Shown here: positions 63,181-64,000 of the stretch, one piece after another
Numbering within the stretch: the first letter of the stretch is position 1
Layout of the letters: each line of letters opens with the position of its first letter
Assembly (NCBI GenBank): GCA_025449535.1
Contig: JANWJF010000001.1
Span: forward strand, 303,344-367,343
From: Candidatus Saccharimonadia bacterium
GTDB lineage: Bacteria; Patescibacteriota; SICC01
Direction: 5' to 3'
Length of the DNA stretch: 64,000 nucleotides
Program-made: the position numbers and the translations under genes
The notes under the pieces: generated by a model
The model's database searches: none
Told to the model about the DNA's origin: nothing
The model's input: the letters and a program-made list of their open reading frames with translations, nothing else

Positions 63181-64000
63181 ATGAAAAACGCCATCGAACG
63201 AATACGCACGATACGCTTTCCCTTCCGGGCGTCGATTGCCGCTGTCATCGCGATAGGCATTACTGCCGCAATCGTGACATTTGCCGCCCCGGGGCAATAT
63301 CAGAACAAGTACCCCAACATCATTTACGTGATCACGGATGACCAGACGTTCGAGTCGCTCAACAAGATGAAGTTCCTCACCCAACAACCGGATTGGATCA
63401 AGTTCAGCAGGGCGTATGCGAACACCCCAATCTGTTGTCCCGCCCGCGCTACGCTGTTGTCCGGTCAGTATTCCCACCACACGGGGGTAGAAACCAACAA
63501 GGAAGGCTGGAAGTTCAACGACCGATCGACCGTCGCCACTTGGCTCAAGGTCGTCGGGTACCGGACGGGCTTCGTCGGCAAGTACTTGAACGAATACCCG
63601 TGGAGCGAGCCGGGTACTTTCGTACCGCAAAGCGCGGTAAGGCCGGCCAACTACCGCCCACCGGGGTGGAATACATGGGTCGCGTTTTCCGGACCGCCCG
63701 GCTACTTGAACTACACGCTCAATATAAATGGCACACTGGTCAATAAGGGTGGCGAGGAGGCGGACTACTCCACCGATGTCCTGACTGACCAAGCGGCCCG
63801 GTTCATCTACGACAACAGCCGCGGACCGGCTCGCGAGCAACATCTGTTCCTGGTGTATGCCCCGTACGCGCCGCATACTCCGTCCACGCCGGCCGAACGT
63901 CATAGCGGTCTGTTTAAAGGCCTGAGCATTCCGCACGCTCCGAACTACAACGAGACGGACATTAGTGATAAGCCGAAGTGGTTACAGGAAAACCACGCGC
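63181..64000 (+). CDS. Sulfatase (formylglycine-dependent arylsulfatase family), 5' part only. The gene continues past the window edge.
   Basis: Manual translation from the ATG at 63181 found no stop to 64000. Signal peptide/TM, YVITDDQ, CCPARATLLSG (C-x-P-x-R FGly motif). Absent from the ORF track for lack of an in-window stop. Confidence 0.7.
   Translation, partial: MKNAIERIRTIRFPFRASIAAVIAIGITAAIVTFAAPGQYQNKYPNIIYVITDDQTFESLNKMKFLTQQPDWIKFSRAYANTPICCPARATLLSGQYSHHTGVETNKEGWKFNDRSTVATWLKVVGYRTGFVGKYLNEYPWSEPGTFVPQSAVRPANYRPPGWNTWVAFSGPPGYLNYTLNINGTLVNKGGEEADYSTDVLTDQAARFIYDNSRGPAREQHLFLVYAPYAPHTPSTPAERHSGLFKGLSIPHAPNYNETDISDKPKWLQENHA

Noticed and set aside
63076-63936. 286-aa minus-strand ORF at the right edge of the window.
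   Set aside because: The plus-strand frame from 63181 encodes a sulfatase with the C-x-P-x-R formylglycine motif and a signal peptide. The minus ORF has no recognisable features.
1-64000. CRISPR arrays, rRNA genes, transposases, integrases and phage structural genes.
   Set aside because: I looked for evenly spaced direct repeats, rRNA-like conserved strings, and DDE or tyrosine-recombinase motifs and found none. The only compositional islets lack recognisable mobility genes within this window.

Overview
This 64 kb window is high-GC (about 65%) and densely coded on both strands. In my reading it is a chromosomal segment of a monoderm-type bacterium, supported by a sortase with an LAxTG-like substrate, a type IV pilus PilN/PilO pair, a minor-pilin operon and no secretin. 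The lineage is uncertain; overlapping genes and truncated-domain proteins suggest a compact genome. I found no CRISPR array, rRNA gene or recognisable mobile-element gene.

Housekeeping genes I recognise:
- The heat-shock operon hrcA-grpE-[small atypical gene]-dnaK with a perfect CIRCE operator, plus dnaJ and a second J-domain membrane protein.
- lepA, ruvC, ruvA, ruvB, yebC, murD, rpmB (L28), folE, RNase J, a family-4 uracil-DNA glycosylase, a site-2 protease, galT, a YfiH/PgeF-family protein, a MacB/FtsX-type ABC pair, split ComEC, tRNA-Pro(GGG) and tRNA-Lys(UUU).

Cell-surface and accessory content:
- A giant secreted protein (more than 1300 aa) that runs off the 5' edge of the window.
- A 1229-aa S8 peptidase-SpoIID fusion, next to a sortase module.
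- A cluster of three GT4 glycosyltransferases with a divergent TreT-like gene.
- Three low-GC, atypical-codon islets: an XRE-regulator/small secreted protein pair at about 16.8-17.5 kb, a gene with iteron-like repeats at 43.2-44.0 kb, and a 336-nt gene wedged between grpE and dnaK.

The supplied ORF track omits ORFs that run off the window edges. The 1..3909 (-) and 63181..64000 (+) genes were therefore found by manual translation. Many long ORFs antisense to real genes are GC-rich artefacts and are rejected below. Coordinates derived from the ORF track are exact. Features I indexed by eye (tRNAs, hairpins, operator sites) may be off by 1-2 nt.
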